Shown one piece after another: positions 11,207 through 21,190 of a DNA stretch of 43,157 bases. Location of the stretch: the NCBI RefSeq assembly GCF_001194135.2, contig NC_068982.1, forward strand, positions 151,042,082 through 151,085,238, written 5' to 3'. Made by a program: the position numbers and the translations under genes. The DNA is from Octopus bimaculoides. Its lineage: Eukaryota. The notes below the pieces were generated by a model. The model was given only the letters and a program-made list of their open reading frames with translations, was not told where the DNA came from and searched no databases. The first letter of the stretch is position 1, and each line of letters starts with the position of its first letter.

Positions 11207-11606
11207 AGTATTCTTTTATTCTTTTACACTTTTCAGTCATTTGACTGCCGCCATGTTGAAGCACCCCTTTAAGGAGTTTTAGTCGAAGAAATCGATCCCA
11301 GGACTTATTCCTTATAAGCCTAACATTTATTCCATCGGTCTCTTTTGCCGAACCGCTAAGTTACGGGAACATAAACACACCAGCATCGGTTGTTAAGCGA
11401 TGGTGGGGGGATAAACAGGCACATAAATACACATAAACACGCGCCCCCCCCCTACACACGACGGTCTTCTTTCAGTTTCCATCTACCAAATCCACTCGGC
11501 TCGAGGCTATAGTAGAAGACACTTGCCCGAGGTGCCATGCAGAGGGACTGAACCTGGAAACATGTGGCTGGAAAGCAAGCTTCTTACCACACAGCCACGC
11601 CCGCGC
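11207..11606 (-). mobile_element. Near full-length SINE family B (about 400 bp)
   Basis: tRNA-like head GCGCGGGCGTGGCTGTGTGGTAAG...GGTTCAGTCCC, GCACCTCGGGCAAGTGTCTTC, internal GT-rich tract, and AAAAGAATAAAAGAAT tail. Confidence 0.88.
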
Positions 11607-12335
11607 ATGTTTGTATATTAAATGTGTATAATTGCCTGTATGTTCTAACTTTAATTAGTACACACACCCTCTCTCTCTCCTTCTGTATACACATTCTTCC
11701 AGTTTCAAACTAACCCTATGGGTTGGCTCATGATGAACATTTCCAAGAACACATCACATTTATATGGATACATATACATGGTTCTTGCTCTTACCTTCAC
11801 ATAGTTGCATACATACTTCTTAATTCTTCAGGAATACTCATAGACCGGTTCATCTATCCATGAAGACGCCAAGATAGATGCTAACATTTGAAAAGAAAAT
11901 TAACAGAAAAATCTGTTCACATTGTATAACCAGAAAACTGGGTAAGAAAGATACTTCTATTTGCAGAGCCTGTAGTTGCAGACAGGAAGACGTTAGGGAA
12001 ATATCAATTGTTCTGAATTTCTAATTGGTATCTAATAGCAGACTCATGTTGCCTGTCGTCTGCTTTGCCAGTCTTTCTTGCAGTCCTCTTTCTTATTCGA
12101 TTGGGACGATATAAGAATATTTTGGCTGGAGATTCTCCGACAAGTTAAATGATATTTTGGCAGCATATAAGCAGGAATTACGACAGAAATGTACTTTGAA
12201 AGATTAGCTAAGAAATCAGCTTTCAAATAATATCGATATTATCTGTTTTGCATATTTTTATTTTGCAAGTATTTATGAATTCTACACGAAATTGTGTGTG
12301 TGTGCGCGCGCGCGCACGCGCGTGTATATATATGT

Positions 12336-12590
12336 ATGATGGCCGCCAATCGTGACCGAGGAAGACCATTGCCGACCTTCAGGAACATTGTGCGCTCTAG
12401 GACTAACTTATATTTTGCATTTGCGACTCCGTTGGTGGCTAATGAGCCCTGCTCTTAACAAGCATATGCGACTGCAAAGATTGTAGACCAAGCTTTCCCC
12501 ATTCATTATACGAGCCGTGCGCTTTCGCGCAGCTCGCTTAAGTTCTTCATGCTGGATACGTGCTCTCAGCACGTATCCAGCATGAAGAAC
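12336..12590 (-). mobile_element. 5'-truncated RTE (BovB-like) LINE 3' end
   Basis: RIQHEELKRAARK...NLCSRICLLRAGLISHQRSRKC matches the C-terminal CxxC/GLxSH motif of RTE-BovB; 3' end ATGGTCTTCCTCG...GGCCATCAT; sits in TA/TG repeats. Confidence 0.75.
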
Positions 12591-12619
12591 GTATATATAT
12601 ATATATATAGACAGGTGTG

Positions 12620-14004
12620 TAAACAACAAACGGATGTATTTGTTTAACGCTCGATAAGTGAGAAAGTCTTTGACGTTTCGAGCCTACGCTCTTCAACACA
12701 AAGGAACACAGAAATAAACGGAGAGAGAAAATAAAACAGGTTTAGTGGCTAGCGATTTATTATGCCGAATGCCGGACAGAAGGGTCAGACAGGAGAGCTA
12801 AGAAATAGGGGAGATAATAAAGTAGTGGTGATCTCAAAACGAAGGTGCACGTGCGTGTGTATGTGAGACCGTGTATGTGCGTGTGGATGAGGGCTAGTGA
12901 CCTTGACGTGTGCGTGTGTGCATGTGTAGGTGTGTGGATGATGGTGTGGGTGCTGGGAAGTGGTCAGTGTTAGTGTGCGTGGGGTGGTGTGATATGGTGT
13001 GGTGTGGTGTGTAGTGTACGGTGTGGTGTGTGGTGTATGGTGTGGTGTGTGNNNNNNNNNNNNNNNNNNNNNNNNNNNNNNNNNNNNNNGTGGGGAAGTC
13101 GAGAGGGGGCATAATAAGGGTGGGGATGGGGTATGTGAGAGTGGAATGTATGGGATGGGGTGGGGTGGGATGGGATATATAGGGATGGTGGGGTTAGAAT
13201 GTGTAGGTAACGAGGGAGGTGTTGACGATGAAGGGAGAAGGGGAAGGGAGAAGATGGGTAGGAATAAAGAGAGGAAGTAAGTGTCAGAGCAAGAGAGGAG
13301 AGGTGGGTGGGAGGAAGTAGGTGTGATAGGAAGAGAGGAGAGAGTATTAGGGTTAGATGAAGAGGGGAGGAGAGTTGAGCTCATGTGGCGCAAAGGAGCG
13401 AAGATGCGAAGAGAGAAGATTAATTCCTGTTCATGGCGAAGACGGGAATCCGGATGGCCGCTGTGCGAAGACAATCCGAACACAGATAGGTGTTGTAAAG
13501 AATGACCGGTAGAGCGGAAATGGCGCAAAACCGGGGTGTCGTTGCCGAGCCTGATGTCTCGGAGGTGTTCCGCGAACCGGTCAGCCAAGCGGCGTCCCGT
13601 TTGACTGATGTACAGAGAAGGACAGCGAGAGCAGGAAATGCAGTAGATGACGTTGCTAGAAGTGCAGGTGAAGGAGTCAGTGACATGATAGGATCGATGA
13701 TGGGTGCCTGTGAGGAGGGTTGTGTTGGAGAGGTAAGGGCAAGTGCGGCAGCGTGGGCGGGAGCAGGGAAACGAGCCGGGTCGAGAGGTTGGGTTAGAGA
13801 AGAAGCTGTGGACCAAGAGGTCTCGTAAGTTGTGGGCTCGTTTGAAGGAGGGGAGGGGTCGTTTAGGGAAGTTGTGCGAAGTGGAGGGATCGGACTGGAG
13901 TTGCCGGAAGGCTCAGAGAATGGTGCACTGGAGAGGCAGGGTGGTGGGGTGGTAGGTGAGGGAACACGGGAGACGGCGGGGTGAATGCGGTGGGAGAGAG
14001 CAAA
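12620..14004 (-). mobile_element. 5'-truncated Penelope-like element (Neptune-like): RT-EN linker, GIY-YIG endonuclease, pyrimidine-rich 3' region and hammerhead
   Basis: SLTYHP...IL*AFRQ (CGA>TGA at 13913)...NLRDLLVHS...PCSRPRCRTC...CTSSNVIYCISCSRCPSLYISQTGRRLADRFAEH...HF...H...RLRHEQELIFSL; 5' junction abuts (TA)n. Confidence 0.92.
12668..12703 (-). ncRNA. Minimal type I hammerhead ribozyme motif with degenerate core, at the Penelope 3' end
   Basis: CTTT-GTGTTGA-A-GAGC(GTAG)GCTC-GAAA-CGTC-AAAG: stem I 4 bp, stem II 4 bp, palindromic ACGT stem III; core differs from CUGANGA at C3 and A6. Confidence 0.7.
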
Positions 14005-15359
14005 TGCATATATATATATATATATATATGCATGTATGTGTGTATGCATGCATGTGAGTAGGTATGTATGTATGTGTGTATGTATATATGTATGTATGTA
14101 TTAGTGTATGAGTGTGTATGAATGTGAGTGTATCCATGTATGTATATATATATGTTTTTCTTCGATATTTAGGTTCTTCTTCGCAGAATTAAACCTGTGA
14201 AGATAAATCAAATGACAATTTTTTTTCACTTGTGTCGAGTTTTTTTGACAAGATTTTTTTTACTTGTGTCAGGTATATTGTATTTGTGAATTCGTGAGTG
14301 CAAGGTAATATTTGCATGCGCATGGGTGCATATGTAGATGTACTGGCAATTATGTAATGGATGTACATGTGTCTTTAGTACTCGGGCGTGTTTGATTATG
14401 TTTTATGCGTGTGCTTGTAATGTATACTATTTGTGATTAGGAAATATGACACATGTCTTTGGTTGATAGCTTGCCAATTCCTTTTCAGGACAGCATGCTG
14501 GTTCTCGCTGGTAACAATTCCTTACAATGGCTCCACGAACTATTTGCTCACGACAATACACTATATGCTGGGCAGCGGCTCAACCAAGTGGAGGGCAGTC
14601 AATGAGATTTAAACTATCGGTTAAATGTCTTATGGGTTTTTTTCATCCTATGCATGTGATGACTTCATTCCCAGTGAACTGTGTGGAGGAACCAAAATCG
14701 TCAACTTTCAACTAGTCGATGTCTATGAGGACAATCCTTTATACAGATAGTATTGTATAGAGTTTTAGCAACAATATCATGTCTCACAAGAAAGTAGTAT
14801 CTTGCAGATAATTTTGAGCTGCTGATTCGCGTACAACTGCTCCATATCACTCGAGGACAGATGGATTGACCTATTCAGCAAAAGCTTGAGGAAGAAACAA
14901 CCATCATATTACGAGAAAATTTTGCAAGCTTACAAATACAGCAATATCTATTTCAGACTAATTTAGTTTGGGCATAATCGACATTTCTTGTTACAAAGTG
15001 GAAGTCTGGAAGCATTCCTTTAAATCTTTTAGTGAAAATGTTTTTAGAAACAGTTTTCTGAATAGCAAAAATGTATAATTTAAAGTGAGATAAAAGCCCA
15101 GTAGAAACAACTCTTACCGTCAATGTACTTAATATCTTCAAGTTCGCTGGATTTGAACTCATGCAAAACTTTCTCTTGATGTGATAGTGTTTCTTTTTCA
15201 AGTTATTGTTGAAGTAGGTGAATATAGTTACCCTTAGGCAACATGGAACAGTTGTACACTCAGAATATCTATTTAAGAAAACCTCACCCTTCTCAGAATA
15301 TTATCTTCATTTTTCTGTATGCATGTGATATACTAATTTCTTCTTTTATTCTTCAATAG

Positions 15360-15543
15360 AGATACTATGCGGTACTCAAGCGCCGTATGGACTGACCTTA
15401 TGACTCTGTCTCCTTCGCCCTATCTAATATTGGATCCTATTAGTGTCACTATAGATACAGAAAACAGTGGTGGTTAATACTTTCCTAATATTGATGTCCA
15501 AATTGTGGATATCTTCAAGTGTCCAGTCTAGCATTTCAAATAA

Positions 15544-15547
<4 letters not shown>
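15360..15547 (-). mobile_element. Internal fragment of an R4/Dong-like element (region C-terminal to the RT core)
   Basis: LFEMLDWTLEDIHNLDINIRKVLTTT...SDTNRIQY resembles the FGIxxWTxxEIxxLDxKTRKxLT...SDxDRLY segment; 5' junction at a (TG)n tract. Confidence 0.7.

Positions 15548-15611
<64 letters not shown>
15548..15611. repeat. (CA)n microsatellite; others at 16336-16438, 40684-40753 and 42000-42026
   Basis: Direct reading. Confidence 0.95.
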
Positions 15612-15616
<5 letters not shown>

Positions 15617-16333
15617 TATGTGTGTACGTATTTTTGTATGTATGAATATATACGTATATGTTATATGCATATATAACTGCATGTGTTTATGTGCGAGTCA
15701 GTGTAGTTTTATGTTTGCATTTATATATACGAATGTCTGTATGTCTATGCATGTGAATATATATGGATACAAACATGTATATATGTTTGTGTGATTATTA
15801 ATATATGTGTATGTATGTAATTATGCGTGAATTTTGCATGTAACTACATTCATAAACAAGCATATATATTTATATGTAATTGTGTATGTACGTATATAGA
15901 TTTATGTACGCAGTTGTATATGTATACGAGTATACATTATTGATAGGCATATATACAGATGCACACACACACACATATGTATAATATATGTGTGCGTGTG
16001 TATGTGCGCGCGTGTGCGCGTATATATATATATATATANNNNNNNNNNNNNNNNNNNNNNNNNNNNNNNNNNNNNNNNNNNNNNNNNNNNACATACATAT
16101 AGTACATATATACGTGTGTGAGAGTTTAGCTACCTATTTATAAATATACATATACAATGACACACACTCACACACGCACGCATACACACACACACACACA
16201 GATGAGTGTATGTGAAGGCAATGCACTTGGCAACTTCCTTCAGATCAAACTAATAAAACACACACAAACACGTTTGTGTGTTTGCGTATGTGAGTGTGTG
16301 CGTGTGCGCTTTCGCATGTGTCAGTGCACATCA

Positions 16334-16437
<104 letters not shown>

Positions 16438-16819
16438 ACATATATATAAACGTACGTTCTCATCCATATTTGGTAAAAGTCAAATCAATTCTCATCTGAG
16501 GTGAGAACTGTAGGTCATGTGATCAGAAGCTGTGTATCATGTGATATAGAATTTTGGAGAGAAGCTAAATAAGTGATTGAGTAAATAAATTAAGAAAAGG
16601 AGAGGGTGAGATAGGGAGGGAAGTAAGGGTTTGTGGGGAAGGAGGGGTAATGAGGAGCAGGAGGAAAAGTGGAATATCAAAATAATTTTTTGAGATAAAT
16701 GAAGAAAGAGCAAGGACTATGACCTGAAGAAGCGTTGCTTCAGAATCGAAGAGATTTTAGGTTAATAAGTCGCATTTCTTACAAGGAAGAAATCGGAAGT
16801 GAAAACAATTTCTAGTTGT

Positions 16820-17400
16820 AGGAAGGAGAGTTGTATAATGGCTGTCTAAAGAGAAATGGTAAGATGATTCGTGGAGTGTAGTAAAACTGTCTGTGAAAAG
16901 ATGGTATGGTGGTTGTGTCACGGAAAGTAATATAATGGCTCTTTGAGTAGAGACAGTATGGCGGTCCTGTGAAGGGAAATTGCATTATGGCTGTTTAAGA
17001 CGAGATGGTACGGTATTTGTGTGAAAGAATGCTAGACTTTTACTGCATGTAGCGATATGCTATGGTAATTGTATGGTAAAAAGTTGGCTCGTTCAATAAA
17101 AACGATGTGGTTGCTTGAAAGGAAGTTGAATAATAGGTTTGAAGAGATGGTACAGTGGTTGTATGAAGGAAGGATATATAACGGCTGTGTGAAAAGAGAT
17201 GGTATGACGGTTGTGTAAAGTAACATTGCATGGTAGCTGTTTGAAGAGAGGGTAATATGATGCCTATGTGAAAATTGTATAATAGCTGTGTCAAATAAGA
17301 TGGTATATTAATTGTGTGAAGGAAAGCTATGTAATAGCTGTGTGAACGAAGATGACATGTATAAACGAAGACGACATGTTGGAGAAGAAATGGTATGGTA
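16820..17400. repeat. Highly degenerate purine-rich minisatellite, unit about 45-55 bp
   Basis: Recurring TATAATGGCTGTGTGAA..GAGATGGTATGG.GGTTGTGTGAAGGAA pattern. Confidence 0.6.
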
Positions 17401-17481
17401 ACTAACGAAATCTGATGAAGCTGCTGAGGGTTTGCGTCTGCAATATTGGCAATAAAATTTAAGAGAGTCTCTATGTGAAAA

Positions 17482-17649
17482 CGCTCGACGTTTTGGACAC
17501 AAGTCCTTCGACTGAGTGTTCAAGTAATGGCTGGTGGAAGTGAGAAAAAAACTTAATAGATTAAAAAAACTGGGGCACAAAAAGAATGAGAGGGTAATTG
17601 TGATGAAAAAAGGATGGAAATCGTGAAGAGTAGTATGCGTAGGAGTTCA

Positions 17650-17712
<63 letters not shown>

Positions 17713-18430
17713 AAGAGAGGGAGAGAGAGAAAGAGAGGGAGAGAGGGGGAGAGAGGTGTGGTTGGGGTAATAGTTAGAAGGAATGGTTAGCAATGTATGG
17801 TAAGTTAACAAACAACGTTCATACAAACAATTATAAGGAAACAAAAGGGTGAGAAAAAGCATAACGAACCTAGAGTGAAGTGAGCGGCGATTTAAGAAAA
17901 TTGGACGCGAGTCATATTCAAACAACTTGTGATTACAGTTTGTACTTGGGAAATGAACCATTATTCGCCGAGTTAGTGGGGTATTAGAGTAAGGCCAAAA
18001 GTTTGAGGAGCTGGCAAACTAAAGGTTTTAGAATGCAAGGGAAGTTATTGTAGGGATTCAACAGATCTTCCCTATATTGTGCCTGCACAGATTACAATGA
18101 ATTAGATTATCGGAATGTAATCACAGTAGTCAAGAAGCATGAGGTCACCGAATTTAAGTATGGTGCAACTGTCGATAAAGAACATAAGAGATAAGAGTCT
18201 TTTATCATAAGGATTGACGATGAATAGTTTAGAGGGTCCGGGTGACAGACAAATTGCAAGTGAAGGTTGTCGCTGATCATTAATGTAGTATGTGAGGGCG
18301 GCAACCAAAGAGGAAATGAATTGTTCAAAAGTAGCTAGAACTAAACAGAGGGAGTGAGTTGCAAGTGCAGAGGATTGGGTAGCCAGGTCGTTAGGATTAT
18401 GAATCTTAAATAGAAAGTAATTTGTCGATA
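17482..18430 (-). pseudogene. Highly decayed Penelope-like element (RT remnants, EN tail, relic hammerhead)
   Basis: YFLFKIHNPN (cf. FYLLPKIHKP) near 18400; SSLVAALTYYIND (cf. LPSYIKD) near 18300; hammerhead-like GGAC(TTGT)GTCC-AAAACGTC at 17487-17506. Confidence 0.45.
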
Positions 18431-18641
18431 TGGAATTAAAGACTGCAAGAAAAAATAATGCAGAAGAGAAAGTTAATTGATTTTTTCAGTAGCAATAGAT
18501 ATGTTCGTTACGTAATTAGAAGAAGCAATTACTGAGTTTGCCGAGCACTTCCTATATGTAGAAGTAAAAACACCATAGCACGAAAGAAGGGCTGTTAGAC
18601 AGTTGTACGGTGGTGGGAATCTATATTATGTCTGGAGAGGA

Positions 18642-18685
<44 letters not shown>

Positions 18686-18757
18686 GAGGGAGAGCAAAAA
18701 AGCAAGAGAAAGTGAGAGAACGCGAAAGAAGGAGAGATAGATAGATAGATAGAGAGA

Positions 18758-18798
<41 letters not shown>

Positions 18799-19917
18799 AG
18801 AGGGGAGGGAGGTGGAGGATTTTTGCAATATGCCTAGAGAGAAAGAAATAGAGAGAAATAGATTGAAAATGAGGAGAATAAAGACTTTACGACTGGTTTT
18901 CTTTGTGCAGTGTCTTTTAATCTTGCTTCAATAAGCCTACCTGTAACAGGTGACTTTGCAAATTGAGATAAACATCTAAATTTTGTAGTTCTTGTAATGC
19001 TCTACGTTCAATCGCCGATGAATTTCCTCCCTGTCTGTAATGTCCATTGTCACCAGTGAATCCGTTAAATTATGTTATAACATCACGTCGTTTGTGTATC
19101 CATATTAAATGTGGCTTTGAAACGTATATTCGCTCTAATGTTTGTTCGTGGGCAATAAATACATCTCTTAAGTCTATCGGGTGTTCGGGTTAAATTTGAC
19201 AGTTTGCATAAAAGGAAAAGAAAAAACAATGCCCCATCCAAAAATAGAAGTATTTTAAAACATCAAAAAATATCAACTAGATTATGGCTAGGAGATAACG
19301 ATTTACTCAAAATAGCCGCCCTCAGCTTCCGCCATGAATTCAAGACGGCTCCAAAACCTGGCGCATGCATTCCTCACTGCGTTCCTGGGAAGACCTTCGA
19401 ATACCTTCTTGATCCTTGCTGCCATCTCGGCCTTAGTGTTGCAGGCAGAGCGGTGTGTCTTTCTCAAAAGTATCCCAACATAGTAATCCATGGGATTACA
19501 ACTGGGGGAATTATGAGGCCAGAAACTGATGCTGGTGAAATCGTAGAAATTCTCTGACAACCACTTCTGCTTCTTTCCGGAGGTATGGCAAAGAGCCGAA
19601 TTCCTCTGCCTCACATATGGCCTTCCAGCAGCAATACTTTCCAGCCACAGTTTGACTACAGTCTCCAGCAGCTTCACATAGCCGTCTGAATTTTGCCTAA
19701 GGCCCTGTTTAAAGATATGAGGATGACTTCCGGCATATGGACGCAGTTAGAACACCTGCTGTAACCCTTCCTGTTGGCCACAGCTTCATAGTCTTCTTTG
19801 TAGCTGTCCATGTCACGTCTTACAGCCTTTATAGTGTTCATAGAGCATAGAGCAGCAATGGTGATGTCGGCATTTTGATACCCGGCGCGAATCATCATGA
19901 TATAAGTAACTCTTTTC

Positions 19918-20490
19918 GGATCTTTTTTAAAACGGGGGCCACATTTTTCATTAACGAAACACTTTGAAACTTGGAACACTGGTAGAATGTGTCATATAAA
20001 ACATCTTTTTCTCTTAGTCTTCTTAAAAAAAAAAAGAAATCCATAAATTATTCCATGTTAAAGTTGTCGTATTTCTGTAATTTCAACCAATCACTGACGT
20101 CCATTCAGCCGATATACATTAAGTGCCGACTACATAAACAAACGATTCTGAAACAATTAACCCTAACCCTAACCCTAACTCTAACCCTAACCCTAACCCT
20201 ACGGTTAGGGTTAGGGTTAAAGCAAATTTAAAATGAAAAAAGCAAATAAAACGAAGAATCGTTTGTTTATGTAGTCGGCACTTAATGTATATCGGCTGAA
20301 TGGACGTCAGTGATTGGTTGAAATTATCGAAATAAGACAATTTTTTACATGAAATAAATTCGAATACAAAAATATTTTTCTGTTCTATAACACAAAATAG
20401 ATAAGTATACGAAGTTTGAAAGTCTTTCGGTACCAAAAACACTACGTAAAACATTAATGAAAAATGTGGCCCCCGTTTTAAAAAAGATCC
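19918..20490. mobile_element. Merlin-type MITE (573 bp), copy 1
   Basis: About 37-bp TIRs starting GGATCTTTTTTAAAACGGGGGCCACATTTTTCATTAA; 8-bp TSD CTCTTTTC (19910-17 and 20491-98); GG termini with 8-bp TSD are established Merlin/IS1016 features. Confidence 0.85.
20157..20220. repeat. Inverted telomere-type repeat (CCCTAA)~7-CGG-(TTAGGG)2 inside the MITE
   Basis: Direct reading. Confidence 0.95.
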
Positions 20491-21190
20491 CTCTTTTCTA
20501 ATATTCAGATGATTTCCTGTCTTCCATGTCAGCTAACTTTTTTAAAACTTCAACTTTAATCTTTATATTCTCTAACGTTGTTGACTTTTCGCCAATGCAT
20601 CAAGATATTCTTGAAAAAAGAGACAAAAAATCCCGTCAAATTTAGCTCGAACATTCTGTAGTTACTCAGTGATGCCATATACATGAAAAACAATATAACT
20701 AATTTAATGCAGCGAGAATAAAAAATATAATCTTAACACGTGGAAATGAATGTATGTCTCTTCCAAGCTGTTGGTCATAGTTCTGTTTCTATGTAACCAT
20801 AGTCTTTCATAGTGGGCATATCTCATTAAGAAGGTCATAGGCTAAGTAACTGTTTCTGATATTTTCTATAAACTTGGGGAAGACATGGTAGTGGGGTTAA
20901 TTATAAATAATTATGTGTTGACTAAAAGACGAGATTAGCTCAATGATAAATTTGGTTTAATCATTTTGGTAAGCACGGAGAACAACGCTCGACATGTTTT
21001 AATCTTATTTGACTTATGACTTCACTGTATCTGCTGAAATAGCAATCAGAGAATCACTGCGTTGGTGTTCAATACCGCACGTGAATAGAGATGAATAGTT
21101 AGAATATTAAAAAACAAAGCAAAACAAAAACACTAGGTTTAATTAATAGTATTGACACTAACTTGGCTATTATTTTCATGCAGAAAGCGT

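Larger units (their letters stand above)
19177..20658 (-). mobile_element. Tc1/mariner DNA transposon, maT (DD37D)-like, internally deleted and interrupted by a MITE
   Basis: TA flanks at 19175-76 and 20659-60; imperfect TIRs sharing GTCAAATTTA.C.CGAACA; ATG at 20527; motifs MEDRKSSEY*KRVTYIMMIRAG, PHIFKQGLRQNSDGYVKLLE, SALCHTS, WPHNSPSCNPMDY, GGYFE*; deletion near 19733 removes the first catalytic Asp region. Confidence 0.88.

Noticed and set aside
12295-12325. Alternating (TG)/(CG) Z-DNA-prone tracts (also 8560-8585, 28420-28445, 41970-42000)
   Set aside because: These are ubiquitous microsatellite variants here, and nothing indicates a locus-specific role.
13502-13955. GC-rich plus-strand ORFs
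   Set aside because: They are antisense shadows of the Penelope endonuclease frame.
14833-14868. TTAPYHSRTDGL, resembling the Gypsy integrase TAPYHPxSNG motif
   Set aside because: It is a single short motif with no supporting HHCC, DDE or LTR features nearby; a possible relic but not supportable.
20157-20220. Chromosome fusion scar
   Set aside because: The order is CCCTAA then TTAGGG, the opposite of a fusion, and it lies inside a TSD-flanked MITE.
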